Positions 1 through 9,086 of a DNA stretch of 36,452 nucleotides are shown here, in pieces. Source of the stretch: Bdellovibrionia bacterium (GTDB lineage: Bacteria; Bdellovibrionota; UBA1018); assembly GCA_045805065.1 (NCBI GenBank), contig JBJMMA010000251.1:1-36452 (forward strand). Reading direction: 5' to 3'. Within the stretch, counting starts at the first letter, position 1, and each line of letters starts with the position of its first letter. A model generated the notes under the pieces. It saw nothing but the letters and a program-made list of their open reading frames with translations, had not been told where the DNA came from and did not search any database. The position numbers and the translations under genes were made by a program.

Positions 1-89
1 CCTCTCAGCGTAACTTCCAGGCCAACAGCAAGGTCATCAGCACGGCTGACGAGATGATGCAAGAAATCTTGAACATCAAGCGCGGCTAA
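1..89 (+). CDS. flgE: Flagellar hook protein FlgE, C-terminal fragment (partial, runs off the window start)
   Basis: Frame starting at base 3 reads SQRNFQANSKVISTADEMMQEILNIKRG-stop (TAA 87-89), the conserved hook/rod C-terminus; located directly upstream of fliL. Confidence 0.85.
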   Translation, partial: SQRNFQANSKVISTADEMMQEILNIKRG

Positions 90-129
90 TTGAGCTGATT
101 TCAGTCCCTAAATTATAAACGACACTCAA

Positions 130-174
130 GCGCCGTCAGCACGTTGACAGAGTCATCGAGCTGACGGCGTTTTT
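130..174 (+). terminator. Probable intrinsic terminator after flgE
   Basis: CGCCGTCAGC (131-140) pairs with GCTGACGGCG (160-169) and is followed by TTTTT; the loop is long and has an internal TGAC/GTCA pairing. Confidence 0.6.
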
Positions 175-227
175 GCGTGTTTTCCTCGAATATAGGCTGT
201 TTTTACGCGCTGAAACTCTTGCCCAGC

Positions 228-243
228 TGGCACTCACGTTGCA
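228..243 (+). promoter_or_regulatory. Sigma54 (RpoN) -24/-12 promoter of the fliL-fliA operon
   Basis: TGGCAC-TCACG-TTGCA matches the TGGCAC-N5-TTGCW consensus exactly; GG (229-230) and GC (241-242) are at canonical spacing, 36 nt before the fliL ATG. Confidence 0.85.
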
Positions 244-279
244 CAATAGTACGTAGGTCAGTTGGAGGAAATCCAGGCA

Positions 280-924
280 ATGAGTTCCGCAGCAGCAGAA
301 GAAAAAACCGAAGCATCCGGTGGGGCAGCAGCAGCTTCTGGCGCGCCCGCAGCCGGAGGGAACAAGCTTGTTCTCATCCTCACACTGGTCAACACCTTGG
401 TAACCGTTGGCATCATCGCGATTCTGCTCGTTTCTTTGAAGCAGCAGAAGTCCGCGCCGACCGTTGCCGACATCAAGACCCAAGGCGAAGCCAAGGCTCA
501 CGGCGAAGAAAAAGCCGAAGGCCATGGCGAGAAAAAGGCCGAAGAAGGTCATGGTGGCGGTGGGGAACATGGTGCCGAGCATGGCAAAGCGGAGGCTAAA
601 AAGCCTGCCGACTTCGGCAAAATGGTGACGCTTGAGCAATTTACCGTCAACCTGTCAACGCCTGGCAGTTCTTCCTCAAAATTTGTCCGCGTAAACGTCT
701 CCCTCGAGGTCGCAAACGACGACACTGAGGCTGAAGTCACTGCGAAAATGCCTCAGATCCGTAACGTGATCATTGACCTGTTCAACAGTAAACGGGTCTC
801 TGATCTTTCTACGGTCGATGGCCGCGACTATCTCCGCGAGGAGATCAAGAACGCGCTGAATGGTTTTCTTGTGCATGGAAAAGTGAAAGGGGTCTTCTTC
901 ACGAATTTCATGTTGGCAAGTTGA
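280..924 (+). CDS. fliL: Flagellar basal body-associated protein FliL
   Basis: Single N-terminal TM helix, then LEQFTVNL...FVRVNVSLE...PQIRNVIIDLF...GRDYLREEIKNALN...VFFTNF. ATG 280 follows GGAGG (264-268); the ORF track start at TTG 262 is less likely. Confidence 0.93.
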   Translation: MSSAAAEEKTEASGGAAAASGAPAAGGNKLVLILTLVNTLVTVGIIAILLVSLKQQKSAPTVADIKTQGEAKAHGEEKAEGHGEKKAEEGHGGGGEHGAEHGKAEAKKPADFGKMVTLEQFTVNLSTPGSSSSKFVRVNVSLEVANDDTEAEVTAKMPQIRNVIIDLFNSKRVSDLSTVDGRDYLREEIKNALNGFLVHGKVKGVFFTNFMLAS

Positions 925-1006
925 TGTTGGTTTCCTGTTGGTTCCCCTAAATAAGTTCCGAGGATGGAACTTAGGGGTGGTTAATAAAAGCTAGGATGGC
1001 TGATCA

Positions 1007-2059
1007 ATGAACCAGGTACTCTCACAATCCGAAGTTGATGCTCTTTTGAGCGCCGTGAGCGACGGGTCGGTCGACACCGGTTCGAGCGCGCCTGCGAGTG
1101 CGGCTGGCGGCGGTGGTGGTGGCGGAGGCGGTGGAGCCTCTGCAGGCGATATCGGCGGCGGCGACAATTACGGCGACGTCGAAATCACTCCGTATGATTT
1201 AACCAATCAAGACCGCGTGATCCGCGGTCGTATGCCGACTCTGGACATCATCTACGAGCGTTTCATCCGCTTGTATCGTATGTCCTTGTCGAACTCGCTT
1301 CGCAAGATCGCAACGATCAGCATTATCTCGACCGATCTCCTGAAGTTCGGCGAATTCGTCAATACGCTTCCGATCCCAAGCTGCATGTGCATTATGCGCT
1401 TTGAGAGTCTGCGTGGTCCCGCGCTCTTTGTTTTCGAGTCAAAGCTTGCCTACGCTCTGGTCGACAGCTTCTTTGGCGGAACGGATCGTCCCTATACCCG
1501 CATTGAAGGCAAGGAGTTCACGCGCATCGAGCTCTCCATCATGCAAAAGGTGATGGACCTGGCGATCAAGGATCTGGAAGAAGCCTGGGCTCCGGTTCAT
1601 AAGTCCGAGATCAGCTTTGTCCGTACCGAGGTCAATCCTCAGTTCGTCGGTGTCGTGCCTCCATCTGAAGTCATTATCTCGACCACTTTTGAGGTCGAGC
1701 TTGAGAACGCGAGCGGCACCATCGCGCTTGTGATTCCATACTCGACGATCGAGCCGATCAAGAACAAGCTCAATGCTTCGTTTCAGACCGAGTCCGATCG
1801 CGTGGATAAGGAATGGACGGCGAAGATGGAAGAGCATCTTCACAATGTCGAAGCCAACGTCCTGGTCAATCTGGGAGCGGCCTCGATTACGGTGGGCGAT
1901 CTTGTGAATCTGAACGTCGGTGACATCATCCCGCTCAAGCAGGACGCGGATGGCGAGCTTGAGATGCTTGTTGAAGGCGTGCCTAAGTTTAAATGTTTTT
2001 TCGGTGTATCGCGCGGAAACAAGGCGATTCAAGTCACGCGCGTCCTCGAGAATGATTAA
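1007..2059 (+). CDS. fliM: Flagellar motor switch protein FliM
   Basis: N-terminal CheY-binding peptide LSQSEVDALL, YDLTNQDRVIRGRMPTL, FGG motif and C-terminal SpoA domain. Confidence 0.97.
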   Translation: MNQVLSQSEVDALLSAVSDGSVDTGSSAPASAAGGGGGGGGGGASAGDIGGGDNYGDVEITPYDLTNQDRVIRGRMPTLDIIYERFIRLYRMSLSNSLRKIATISIISTDLLKFGEFVNTLPIPSCMCIMRFESLRGPALFVFESKLAYALVDSFFGGTDRPYTRIEGKEFTRIELSIMQKVMDLAIKDLEEAWAPVHKSEISFVRTEVNPQFVGVVPPSEVIISTTFEVELENASGTIALVIPYSTIEPIKNKLNASFQTESDRVDKEWTAKMEEHLHNVEANVLVNLGAASITVGDLVNLNVGDIIPLKQDADGELEMLVEGVPKFKCFFGVSRGNKAIQVTRVLEND

Positions 2060-2084
2060 TTAGTCTGTCGAAAGGAATCCTTGT

Positions 2085-2480
2085 ATGAATGAAGCTTCTC
2101 CATTGGGAAATGTGAATATGAGCAACGTCGGCGCAGCTTTCGCAGCAGGCGCAGCCGGTGCGGGCGGTGACGCCGGTGCTGCTGGTGCGGGCGGTGCAGC
2201 AAGAGCTCATGCTCCTGCTGTTCAGTCGCTGGACTTCATCCTGGATATCCCGCTCAAAGTGACCGTTGAGCTGGGTCGCGCCAAGATGGCGATTCGTGAA
2301 ATTCTGCAATTGGCTCAGGGCTCGGTGGTTGAGCTCTCGAAGTTCGCAGGTGAGCCTCTTGAAGTTCTGGTCAACGACAAGTTAATTGCACGCGGCGAAG
2401 TGGTTGTGGTCAACGAGAAGTTCGGTATCCGTCTGACGGATATCATTTCTCCAGTTGAGCGCATCGAACAGCTGAAGTGA
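2085..2480 (+). CDS. fliN: Flagellar motor switch protein FliN
   Basis: LDFILDIPLKVTVELG...GSVVEL...GEPLEVLVNDKLIARGEVVVVNEKFGIRLTDI. Confidence 0.97.
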   Translation: MNEASPLGNVNMSNVGAAFAAGAAGAGGDAGAAGAGGAARAHAPAVQSLDFILDIPLKVTVELGRAKMAIREILQLAQGSVVELSKFAGEPLEVLVNDKLIARGEVVVVNEKFGIRLTDIISPVERIEQLK

Positions 2481-2578
2481 TTTTTGATGAAGTGAGTTTT
2501 GTTTGAGCCCCCGTGCAGGATGCGCAGGGGCCCAGTTTGAAACTTTGGACTATTGCACTATTGCTAGGAAGGCAAAAG

Positions 2579-3976
2579 ATGTCGCAAAAAGGATTGAAAC
2601 TCATCGCGTTTTTAGGATTTGCCGCTGCTGGATTGTCGGCAAATCAAGCGTTCGCCGCGATGACGACTTTGAAACAGGTGCAGGTGAGCAACGGATCCCA
2701 GATTGATCTGTTGTTTGACGGAAAAGTAGGCAAGAGCCAGGCTCGCACGGAATTCTTCAATGACGTCATTCAGATCAGCCTCAACGACGTATCCGTTTAC
2801 CCCGCCAAGATCTCTTCGGTAAACGGTGGCCCCCTGGTCAAGATCTTCGCTTATCAGTACGCTCCAAAGCTGGTTCGATGCCGCCTGACGGTCAACGGCA
2901 AAGCTGAGGATTACAAAGACAGGCTTCAGATCGTGACCAATGGCAAGGTTCTGAGCCTTCGCCTGGCTGGCGCTGAAGTGAAAGCTGACCAGATCTCAGT
3001 CCAGGCCGCGCATCCTGTCACAAAAGCTGCGGCTAAAGCATCTTCCAAGGAAGATGAAAAAGCGGCTGATGTCGCAAGAGCCTCAGCTAAGCAGGAAAAG
3101 GCCGAGAATCAGCCTCGCGAAATCGAAGCCGCAAAAGCTGACGCAGGCCAGGCCGCTCTTCTTGAGCGTGTGATGAAGACCGCACCTTCCAAGCCAGTGC
3201 CAGTATCCATCGTAAAAGACGCAGATGCCAAGGACGGCGCATCCGAGCGCTCACGTAAGAATTCCCTGAGTGGCGCAAAGCCATTGCCAAGCCCGATGGG
3301 CGTCATGATGAAGCTTCTTGCGGTCATTGGACTCTTTGGCGCGATGGCCTTTATCGCAAAGAAGTTCTTCCATGGAAAAGGTGTCAGCATTGGTAGCAAT
3401 CGCAACCTCAACGCACGCCTTGCCAGAAGTGCCGGAGGAGAAGGCGGTTGGATGACCGCTTTGGGCGGATTTGCCCGCTCTGCAGCGGCAGGTCTCGGTC
3501 GTAAGGACAAGATGATTGAAGTTCTCTCCAATCACTATCTTGGACCTAAAAAGAGCATTGCGGTTGTTCGCATCATGGGCCGCACCTTGGTTCTGGGTGT
3601 GACCAATGACTCGATCAATCTGATTTCCCAGATCGCTCAAACCAATGAAGCCGGTGCCGCAGCCGATGATCTTGAGCTCGGTGACGACGAAAACGTGGAT
3701 CTTGAATCCTTGATCGCACAAGGCGCACTGAGCTCCGCGATGGGAAAAGCAACAGTCGCAAACCGCAGCAACGCAGCTCCAGTTCAAAACAAGCAAACCC
3801 GCGTGAGCGCACAGGTACCGAACACGACATCGCGTCCGTTGCCAGGAATGGATTTCGGCGGTCCAGCTGCTTCGAACTTCGCCGCAATGATGCAACAAGA
3901 AGTGAAAAAGCCGGCAAACGGACCCAGCGTTCGCAACCAGATCCGCAGCCGTCTTGAGGGACTGAAACAGCTATGA
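2579..3976 (+). CDS. fliO: Flagellar biosynthesis protein FliO, long form with signal peptide and N-terminal periplasmic (AMIN-like) domain
   Basis: Located between fliN and fliP; TM helix followed by the FliO motif [37 protein letters not shown]; signal peptide ending AFA-A; ATG 2579 follows AGGAAGG. Confidence 0.85.
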   Translation: MSQKGLKLIAFLGFAAAGLSANQAFAAMTTLKQVQVSNGSQIDLLFDGKVGKSQARTEFFNDVIQISLNDVSVYPAKISSVNGGPLVKIFAYQYAPKLVRCRLTVNGKAEDYKDRLQIVTNGKVLSLRLAGAEVKADQISVQAAHPVTKAAAKASSKEDEKAADVARASAKQEKAENQPREIEAAKADAGQAALLERVMKTAPSKPVPVSIVKDADAKDGASERSRKNSLSGAKPLPSPMGVMMKLLAVIGLFGAMAFIAKKFFHGKGVSIGSNRNLNARLARSAGGEGGWMTALGGFARSAAAGLGRKDKMIEVLSNHYLGPKKSIAVVRIMGRTLVLGVTNDSINLISQIAQTNEAGAAADDLELGDDENVDLESLIAQGALSSAMGKATVANRSNAAPVQNKQTRVSAQVPNTTSRPLPGMDFGGPAASNFAAMMQQEVKKPANGPSVRNQIRSRLEGLKQL

Positions 3977-4773
3977 GAATCGGTAAGATCAAACATCTTA
4001 AACGAGGATGCATCGGACTGGCTGTGATGGCCGTCCTGTTCGCATCGCATGCCTGGGCTGAAGGGAAGGGGACTTATGTTCCCGGGACTTCAGGAGTCTC
4101 TCTTCCATCTTTGAGCCTCTCGTTTGGGAACAGCCAGAAACCAGCTGACCTGGTTTCCGCGCTGAGAATCATCATGATGCTGACGGTGCTGACTCTGGCA
4201 CCATCGATTCTGATCATGATGACTTCTTTTACCCGGATTGTCGTGGTTCTGGGTTTTCTTCGCCAGGCGCTGGGAACGCAGCAAACGCCTCCCAATCAGA
4301 TCATTGTAGGCCTTGCGCTCTTCTTGTCCTTTTTTGTGATGGCACCCACCTTCAAGGCGATTTCGACCAATTCCATCGAGCCGTTCCTTGCGGAAAAAAT
4401 CGATCAGACGATGGCCTATGAGAGAGCCGAAGCTCCGATTCGCGAATTCATGTTCAGTCAGGTTCGTGAAAAGGATCTTGAGCTCTTCCTCTCGCTCTCA
4501 AAAGAGGCAAAGCCAAAGAATCGTACGGAAGTTCCGACTTACGTGCTGGTGCCTGCCTTTGTGATCAGCGAGCTCAAAACCGCGTTTCAGATCGGCTTCA
4601 TGCTGTATCTGCCGTTTCTGGTTCTCGACATGGTCGTGGCCAGCGTTTTGATGGCGATGGGGATGATGATGCTTCCACCTGTGGTGATCTCATTGCCGTT
4701 CAAGCTGCTGCTCTTTGTGCTGGTGGATGGCTGGGATCTGGTTGTTGGAAGCTTGGTCAAAAGCTTTGGCTAA
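3973..4773 (+). CDS. fliP: Flagellar export gate protein FliP
   Basis: [71 protein letters not shown] overlap with fliO. Confidence 0.98.
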   Translation: MRIGKIKHLKRGCIGLAVMAVLFASHAWAEGKGTYVPGTSGVSLPSLSLSFGNSQKPADLVSALRIIMMLTVLTLAPSILIMMTSFTRIVVVLGFLRQALGTQQTPPNQIIVGLALFLSFFVMAPTFKAISTNSIEPFLAEKIDQTMAYERAEAPIREFMFSQVREKDLELFLSLSKEAKPKNRTEVPTYVLVPAFVISELKTAFQIGFMLYLPFLVLDMVVASVLMAMGMMMLPPVVISLPFKLLLFVLVDGWDLVVGSLVKSFG

Positions 4774-4800
4774 AAGGTTTAAAAGGCTGAAGGAGGCGAC

Positions 4801-5070
4801 GTGACTGAAGAACTTGTCATGCAGATCGGGGCCGAAGCAATCAAGACGATCATCTATATTTCGGGCCCCATGCTCGTTGCCGCAATGGCAATCGGTATCC
4901 TGGTGAGCTTGCTTCAGGCCATGACCCAGATCAATGAATCGACTTTGACCTTCATTCCTAAAATGGTCGCGGTTCTCGTGGTTCTGATGGTGATGGCTCC
5001 GTGGATGCTTGAGCTTATGGAGCATTACACGGTGACGGTAATTCAAAGCGCAGGAGAAATGGTTCACTGA
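4801..5070 (+). CDS. fliQ: Flagellar export gate protein FliQ
   Basis: GILVSLLQAMTQINESTLTFIPK; GTG start after GGAGG. Confidence 0.97.
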   Translation: MTEELVMQIGAEAIKTIIYISGPMLVAAMAIGILVSLLQAMTQINESTLTFIPKMVAVLVVLMVMAPWMLELMEHYTVTVIQSAGEMVH

Positions 5071-5888
5071 TGTCGCTTTTTAACTTCAACCAGGAAGAAC
5101 TGATGTGCTTCTTCGCAGTCTTGGTGCGCTATAGCGTCCTGATTGCGGTTCTTCCTTTCACGGGCGACGTTCAGGTTCCGGCACCTGTAAAAGTTTTGCT
5201 TTCGCTTGCTGTGTCGATTGCGCTCTTTCCAACATTATTGGCAAGCGGCCAGGTTCGCCCTTCGGATGCTGCTGTTTGGAGCGCAGAGGCTGGAAGCCTG
5301 ATCGGGACGGTTGCGCTTGAAGTGATCGTGGCGCTGATTCTCGGCTATACGGCGCGCCTGGCATTCATGGCGATCAGTTTTGGCGGAAACCTGGTCGGTA
5401 ATTTCATGGGCTACGGAATCGCAAGCTCTTATGATCCTAACCAGCAATCCCACACGCAAGTCGTGGCTGAGTTCCACATGGCGATTGCCATGCTCATTTT
5501 TCTGGCGATCGACGGCCATCATATGATGCTTCGCTCGGCGCTCCAGAGCTATCAGATTGTCGGAATCGGCGGTCAATGGATGATGGGCGATGGTCGCGCA
5601 GCCATGAGTCAGCGTCTGATTCAGATGTGCAGCGAAGTGCTCAAGTTCGGAATCCAGCTTTCAGCCCCGATCGCAATCGTGGTTTTTGCGGTCAACGTCA
5701 TCTTTGGCGTGATGGCTCGCGCGGTTCCGCAGCTCAATATTTTAGTGATGTCAGTAACGATCAGTGCCTTCATTGGCTTGGTAGTGATGTTTTTGTCACT
5801 GGGCGAGCTTCATGGAGTCACGATCAATATCCTCTCGCGCATGGGCGATTGGATGGATGGGGTCCTTCGGGCCATGGCCGGAAAGTGA
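5070..5888 (+). CDS. fliR: Flagellar export gate protein FliR
   Basis: Highly hydrophobic; IFLAIDGHH and MARAVPQLNIL motifs; located between fliQ and flhB. Confidence 0.96.
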   Translation: MSLFNFNQEELMCFFAVLVRYSVLIAVLPFTGDVQVPAPVKVLLSLAVSIALFPTLLASGQVRPSDAAVWSAEAGSLIGTVALEVIVALILGYTARLAFMAISFGGNLVGNFMGYGIASSYDPNQQSHTQVVAEFHMAIAMLIFLAIDGHHMMLRSALQSYQIVGIGGQWMMGDGRAAMSQRLIQMCSEVLKFGIQLSAPIAIVVFAVNVIFGVMARAVPQLNILVMSVTISAFIGLVVMFLSLGELHGVTINILSRMGDWMDGVLRAMAGK

Positions 5889-5902
5889 ACGGGAGCGTTT
5901 AA

Positions 5903-6988
5903 TTGGCTGAGAATGAAGACAGATCCTCAGAAGACTTAGGCGATGAGATATCGCAGCACCGTCTCGAGGAATTCCGCGAGAAAGGTCAAGTTGCGCAAAG
6001 CCGCGAACTTACCGGTCTCATGGCTCTCATGGCGGCTGCTGCCACCACCTACGCTCTCTCGCCTAAAATGGGCGCTCAGCTCATGGACTTCATGCAGGAA
6101 GTTTTCCGTACGGATCTTTCCGCGCGCATGGACCTTGGAAACTCCGCCATCTCTCATGACCTTTTCAAGAAGGCGATCAGTCTGATTATCTCGTTGGGTC
6201 TGCCGATCTGCCTCGCGGGATTTGTCATGGGAGTCGTGGGAAGCTTCATTCAGGTAGGCGCGGTCTTCTCGTTTGAGCCCATCAGTCCGAATCTCGAGAA
6301 GGTGGACCCGATCTCAGGATTCAAACGGATCTTTTCGGTGAAGCAGGTGATTGAAGGCATTCGTCTTCTGCTCAAGACCGTCATCCTGGTCTCGGTTGCC
6401 TACTTTCTTGTTAAAACTGAAGTATTGCGCGCACCTTCCTACGCGGGAACGGATCTGGGCGATATTCTTCCAGTCATCGCAAGCATCTCAAAGACGATGT
6501 TTCTGACGCTCTTTGGGATCTTAACGGTCTTTGCCATCATTGATTACGGCATGCAGAAGTTCGAAATGAACAAGCAATTGCGCATGACCAAGCAGGAAGC
6601 AAAGCAAGAGCATAAAGAGCGCGAAGGTGATCCGATGATCAAGGCGCGCATTCGCGCCATTCAGCGCGAAGTGTCTCGCAAGCGCATGATGCAAGCTGTG
6701 AAGAAAGCAACGGTTGTCATCACCAACCCGACCCACATCGCGATCGCGGTCTATTACGACAAGGACTCAATGGCTGCGCCAAAAGTTGTCGCCAAGGGCG
6801 CCGACTTCATGGCCCAAAGAATCAAGAAGATCGCGGCCGAAGCTGGCGTTCCGATGGTCGAGAACGTGCCGCTCGCTCGTACGCTTTATAAAACTGTGAA
6901 ATTGAACCAAGCCATTCCGCGCGCCCTGTATCAGGCCGTGGCAGAAGTCTTGGCATATGTTTATCGCCTCAAAAACAGAGGCTGGTAA
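5903..6988 (+). CDS. flhB: Flagellar export switch protein FlhB
   Basis: REKGQVAQSRE, KQEHKEREGDP, autocleavage motif NPTH, ENVPLARTLY, AVAEVLAYVY; TTG start. Confidence 0.97.
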   Translation: MAENEDRSSEDLGDEISQHRLEEFREKGQVAQSRELTGLMALMAAAATTYALSPKMGAQLMDFMQEVFRTDLSARMDLGNSAISHDLFKKAISLIISLGLPICLAGFVMGVVGSFIQVGAVFSFEPISPNLEKVDPISGFKRIFSVKQVIEGIRLLLKTVILVSVAYFLVKTEVLRAPSYAGTDLGDILPVIASISKTMFLTLFGILTVFAIIDYGMQKFEMNKQLRMTKQEAKQEHKEREGDPMIKARIRAIQREVSRKRMMQAVKKATVVITNPTHIAIAVYYDKDSMAAPKVVAKGADFMAQRIKKIAAEAGVPMVENVPLARTLYKTVKLNQAIPRALYQAVAEVLAYVYRLKNRGW

Positions 6989-7004
6989 TTAGAAGGAGAG
7001 CTGC

Positions 7005-9086
7005 ATGGAAGGATTCCTAAATAAGCTCAGCAAGAATTCGGATCTAGCCCTGGCACTGGGGCTTGTCGGCATCCTGGCCGTCATGGTCATCCCGATGCCG
7101 CCGATCCTTCTCGACATGTTCCTCTCGCTGGGGATCGCGTTCTCGATGGTCATGCTTCTGACCTCGGTTTACGCAGCCAAGGCGCTTGATTTCAGCGTCT
7201 TCCCATCCTTACTTTTGATCACCACCTTGTTCCGACTTTCACTGAACGTCGCTACGACCCGCGTGATTCTCCTGCACGGAGCTGAAGAGGGTACGGCTGC
7301 CGCAGGCCATGTGATTCAGTCTTTCGGTGAGTTCGTCGTCGGCGGTAACTACGCCGTCGGTATGGTGATTTTCATCATCCTGGTCATCATTAACTTCATC
7401 GTCATCACCAAGGGCGCCGGCCGCGTCGCTGAAGTCTCGGCACGCTTCACCTTGGACGCGATGCCTGGTAAGCAGATGGCAATCGATGCGGACTTGAACG
7501 CAGGTCTCATCAATGAAGAAGAAGCCAAGCGCCGCCGCTCAGAGATTGCGCGCGAAGCTGACTTCTACGGAGCCATGGACGGTGCGAGTAAGTTCGTCCG
7601 CGGTGACGCCATCGCCGGCATCATGATCGTCGGCGTAAACCTGGTCGGTGGGATCATCATCGGCACTCTTCAAAAGGGAATGGATATCGGCCGCGCGGCC
7701 GAAACCTTCACCTTGCTGACCATTGGGGACGGTCTGGTTTCTCAGATTCCAGCCCTCATCATCTCCACGGCTGCCGGTATCATTGTCACTCGTACGGCAT
7801 CGAGCACGAATTACAGCCAGGAGTTCTCCAAGCAACTTCTCATGCAACCCAAAGCAATTGCAGCTGCGGGCGGCATCATGTTTTTCATGGCCCTCATTCC
7901 TGGGCTGCCTACGATTCCGTTCCTGACCTTGGCGCTTTCCTTGGGCGGCGTGGCTTACTATCTCATAAAGAGAGAGAAGGCCGCACAAGTTGCCAAGCAG
8001 CAGGTGCAGGACAAGGAAAAGCTCAAGCCAGCTCCCGAGAAACTCGAAAACCTTCTTCCGATCGATATGCTCGAGCTCGAAGTGGGTTATGGCCTGATCA
8101 ATATCGTGGACGCCGAGCAAAACGGCGATCTCCTGGAGCGCGTTTCCAATATCCGCAAACAGTTTGCGCTGGATCTGGGCGTCGTGATTCCTCCTCTGAG
8201 AATTCGCGACAATCTCGAGCTCAAGCCAGGCGATTACCAGCTTCTCCTCAAGGGCGTGGTCGTTGGCTCTGGCTCACTCATGGTTGGAAATCTTCTGGCC
8301 ATGGATCCAGGAAACGTCATGGAGCCGATCTCGGGTATTCCAACCAAAGAGCCTGCTTTCGGCCTCGACGCGATCTGGATCACGCCTCGCCAGAAGGAAG
8401 AGGCGACTTATGCGGGTTACACCGTGGTCGATCTCTCAACCGTTATCGCCACGCATCTCACGGAACTCATCCGTCAGAACGTGCACGAGCTTTTGGGACG
8501 CCAGGAGCTTCAATCGCTTATCGACGCTCTCAAGCAAAGCGCGCCGAAAGTGGTCGAAGATCTCATTCCGAATCTGCTTCCAGTGGGAACGGTTCTCAAA
8601 GTGCTTCGCAACCTGCTCAAGGAAAGCGTTTCGATCCGCGATCTCAAGACGATCTTCGAAGCGCTGGCTGATGTCGCTCCCATGCAGAAGGATGCCACTT
8701 TATTGACAGAGAACGTTCGTGCTTCATTGGCTCGCACGATCACCCGCAAGCTTGTGGGTCCGGATGGTCAGCTCAATCTTTTGACGCTCGACCGATCGAT
8801 CGAAGAGACGATTGCAGGCGGAATTATCCAGACAGATCAAGGACAACAGCTCTCGCCGGATCCTGAGTTTGTCAGGTCCTTTATCAATAGCCTCAATCAA
8901 CAGGCCATGGAGCTTGCAAGCCAATCCAATCAGGCCGTCATTCTTTGCTCGCCTCTGATCCGCCATCATCTGAAAACTTTGGTGGATCGCTTTATTCCCA
9001 ATATTGTCATTTTGTCGCACAATGAGATTACGCCTAACGTGAACGTGAAGGCTTTTGGAACAGTGAGACTCGCCTATGCAAGTTAA
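7005..9086 (+). CDS. flhA: Flagellar export protein FlhA
   Basis: ITKGAGRVAEVSARFTLDAMPGKQMAIDADL, FYGAMDGASKFVRGDA, LTIGDGLVSQIP, LEVGYGLI. Confidence 0.98.
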   Translation: MEGFLNKLSKNSDLALALGLVGILAVMVIPMPPILLDMFLSLGIAFSMVMLLTSVYAAKALDFSVFPSLLLITTLFRLSLNVATTRVILLHGAEEGTAAAGHVIQSFGEFVVGGNYAVGMVIFIILVIINFIVITKGAGRVAEVSARFTLDAMPGKQMAIDADLNAGLINEEEAKRRRSEIAREADFYGAMDGASKFVRGDAIAGIMIVGVNLVGGIIIGTLQKGMDIGRAAETFTLLTIGDGLVSQIPALIISTAAGIIVTRTASSTNYSQEFSKQLLMQPKAIAAAGGIMFFMALIPGLPTIPFLTLALSLGGVAYYLIKREKAAQVAKQQVQDKEKLKPAPEKLENLLPIDMLELEVGYGLINIVDAEQNGDLLERVSNIRKQFALDLGVVIPPLRIRDNLELKPGDYQLLLKGVVVGSGSLMVGNLLAMDPGNVMEPISGIPTKEPAFGLDAIWITPRQKEEATYAGYTVVDLSTVIATHLTELIRQNVHELLGRQELQSLIDALKQSAPKVVEDLIPNLLPVGTVLKVLRNLLKESVSIRDLKTIFEALADVAPMQKDATLLTENVRASLARTITRKLVGPDGQLNLLTLDRSIEETIAGGIIQTDQGQQLSPDPEFVRSFINSLNQQAMELASQSNQAVILCSPLIRHHLKTLVDRFIPNIVILSHNEITPNVNVKAFGTVRLAYAS

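Noticed and set aside
944..977. Hairpin CCCC-TAAA-TAAGTTCC/GGAACTTA-GGGG between fliL and fliM as a terminator or riboswitch
   Set aside because: There is no U-tract and no aptamer consensus; at most it is an mRNA stability element.
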